Part shown: positions 34,862 to 36,435 of the stretch, piece after piece
How positions within the stretch are numbered: the first letter of the stretch is position 1
Layout: each line of letters begins with the position of its first letter
NCBI GenBank assembly: GCA_001001795.1
Contig: LCLB01000004.1
Span: 1 to 36,435 of the forward strand
Direction of reading: 5' to 3'
Length of the DNA stretch: 36,435 nt
Origin: Parcubacteria group bacterium GW2011_GWF1_45_5
GTDB taxonomy: Bacteria; Patescibacteriota; Minisyncoccia; UBA6257; Brennerbacteraceae
Program-made: the position numbers and the translations under genes
The notes under the pieces: model-generated
Seen by the model: the letters and a program-made list of their open reading frames with translations, nothing else
What the model was told of the DNA's origin: nothing
Databases searched by the model: none

Positions 34862-36435
34862 ATGAGTCACTTGAACGAACCGTCATATCTGCGATTGGGA
34901 CGATCCACTGAGCTTAAGCGGTTGCCTGATCGGATGTTTTTCAGATTTTTGGAAATGCTTCCCGGCCTTATGGCCTGGGGCACCTTTGTATTGCTTATTC
35001 TCGGGTCATGGATTTCTCCGGGCATTACCGCGATCATCCTGATTGCCTTTATATCGTTTTGGTTTTTACGGACAATTTATTTTTCGGTTCTTTTATATCT
35101 GGGATACCAAAAAACGAAACAGAGTATCGCGACCGACTGGAATGATCGCCTGCGCTCACTGTCCTTCCCTCCTAAAAAAATCCCTTCCCTCACCTCCATC
35201 GACGATCTTTGGCACCTGGTCGTCATCCCGACTGCCCATGAACCATACGAAGTTCTGGAAGGAACCCTTCGGGCAATCGCCGGTACGGCGTACGATCAAA
35301 AACGGATTATAGTGGTCGTCGGGTGCGAAGCCCGTTTCCCTGATTCGGCTCAAGAAAAACAAAAACTGATTACCGAAAACTTTTCCGATACCTTCTCGAA
35401 ACTCATTATTACGATTCATCCCGAGAACATCCCCGGCGAGTTAAAAGGGAAAAGTGCTAACCAATCGTTCGCTATCCGACAGGCACTACGCGAAGTTGTC
35501 GATCCCCGCAAAATCCCTTATGAACATATTATTGTTTCGGTTCTTGATTCCGATACCCGCGTATCACAATACTTTTTCAGCTGCCTTTCCTGGCACTACC
35601 TTACCTGTCCACACCCATTGCGATCAAGTTTCCAGCCCATTCCTTTATATACCAATAATATCTGGGAGGCGCCGATTATTTCCCGTATCCTCGCGTTTTC
35701 CACGACCTTTTGGCAGATGATCCAGCAGGCCCGTCCGGAAGCCCTGATTACCTATTCCTCCCAGTCCATCGGCCTGCAACCGCTTTCTGAAATAGGGTTC
35801 TGGCAAGAAAACATTGTCTCGGAAGATTCGCGCATCTTTTACCAATGCCATCTGTATTTCGACGGCGACTGGCGCGCCATCCCTTTGGCCATCCCTGTTT
35901 CCATGGACGCGAACGTCGCCCCGACGCTTCGGGAGACCGTATACAACATATATAGACAACAACGGCGATGGGCGTACGGGGCGGAAAATATTCCTTATCT
36001 TTTGTACGGATATTCGAAAAACTCCCGCATCCCGTTGGGTAAAAAAATACGACACGGGTTCTCCATGATCGAGGGGTTTCATTCGTGGAACACCCACTCC
36101 ATCGTTCTCCTGGTAGTGGGCTGGCTTCCATTATGGTTCGGCCCAAAGAGCTTTTCGTTCACCCTTCTGTCGTACAATCTTCCTCAAATTGCCGGAACAT
36201 TTATGAGAGTCGCGCTTATCGGTATCATGCTCACCGGTTATCTTTCAATGACCCTTATGCCCCGTAAAAACGGAAAACTATTGTTAAAAGAAAAAATGGG
36301 ATTGATGCTGCAATGGATCCTCGCCCCTGTCAGCGTGCTGCTCTCTACCATCCCTGCACTCGATGCTTCAACCCGGCTCATGTTTGGTAAGTACATGGGC
36401 TTCTGGGTAACTCCGAAACAAAAAATAAAAAAATA
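34862..36435 (+). CDS. membrane-embedded processive family 2 glycosyltransferase (cellulose/chitin/hyaluronan-synthase-like), 3' end outside the window
   Basis: Not in the ORF track because no stop lies inside the window. Hand translation from the ATG at 34862 is open to the end. It has N-terminal TM helices, LVVIPTAHEP, VLDSDT (DxD), SEDSR and YRQQRRWAYG (the Q-x-x-R-W motif), then C-terminal TM helices. Confidence 0.8.
   Translation, partial: MSHLNEPSYLRLGRSTELKRLPDRMFFRFLEMLPGLMAWGTFVLLILGSWISPGITAIILIAFISFWFLRTIYFSVLLYLGYQKTKQSIATDWNDRLRSLSFPPKKIPSLTSIDDLWHLVVIPTAHEPYEVLEGTLRAIAGTAYDQKRIIVVVGCEARFPDSAQEKQKLITENFSDTFSKLIITIHPENIPGELKGKSANQSFAIRQALREVVDPRKIPYEHIIVSVLDSDTRVSQYFFSCLSWHYLTCPHPLRSSFQPIPLYTNNIWEAPIISRILAFSTTFWQMIQQARPEALITYSSQSIGLQPLSEIGFWQENIVSEDSRIFYQCHLYFDGDWRAIPLAIPVSMDANVAPTLRETVYNIYRQQRRWAYGAENIPYLLYGYSKNSRIPLGKKIRHGFSMIEGFHSWNTHSIVLLVVGWLPLWFGPKSFSFTLLSYNLPQIAGTFMRVALIGIMLTGYLSMTLMPRKNGKLLLKEKMGLMLQWILAPVSVLLSTIPALDASTRLMFGKYMGFWVTPKQKIKK

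Noticed and set aside
35043-36267. Multiple 60-150-aa ORFs on both strands (35043..35312, 35156..35419, 35454..35720, 35645..36097, 35748..36146, 35814..36068, 36085..36267)
   Set aside because: All overlap the long open frame starting at 34862, which carries the GT2 DxD and QRRW motifs. They are alternative-frame shadows.

Overview
This 36.4-kb bacterial window uses the standard genetic code: TAG, TAA and TGA all terminate recognisable genes. The gene content suggests a small-genome uncultivated lineage such as Patescibacteria/CPR. This is inference only, based on a short ValRS, the CPR-typical cohesin-like surface protein family and tRNA genes scattered among housekeeping genes.

The window has two compositional parts.

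(A) An AT-rich left arm, about 1-7.5 kb, carries accessory genes:
- a membrane-anchored trypsin-like protease and a DUF2726 nuclease-fold protein;
- several orphan ORFs;
- an intact IS1595-family insertion sequence with inverted repeats and a 7-bp target duplication;
- a transglutaminase-like gene;
- a YdeN/RBBP9-type serine hydrolase interrupted by a single in-frame TAG.

(B) A GC-richer remainder contains three blocks:
- A plus-strand envelope/glycan operon (9.5-15.5 kb): an SDR epimerase fused to a PLP decarboxylase, a methyltransferase-like gene, a frameshifted YfhO-like GT-C membrane protein and a GT2.
- Housekeeping genes: an rluA-type pseudouridine synthase, rplS, cca, hsp20, prsW-like, valS and tsaD, plus five tRNAs (Val-GAC, Leu-GAG, Pro-CGG, Arg-TCG, Glu-TTC).
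- A 9-kb co-directional minus-strand cluster of secreted or membrane-anchored proteins (19.2-28.4 kb). It combines two cohesin-like anchors, a dockerin-bearing protein, a DUF916/DUF3324-like protein and two WxL-like paralogs. A GIY-YIG nuclease gene is embedded in it, and a heptanucleotide repeat sits in one signal peptide.

The surface cluster is my main candidate for an undescribed cell-surface assembly system. A 3'-truncated processive GT2 synthase with a QRRW motif runs off the right edge; the ORF track missed it.

All family calls rest on motif recognition by eye. No database search was run.
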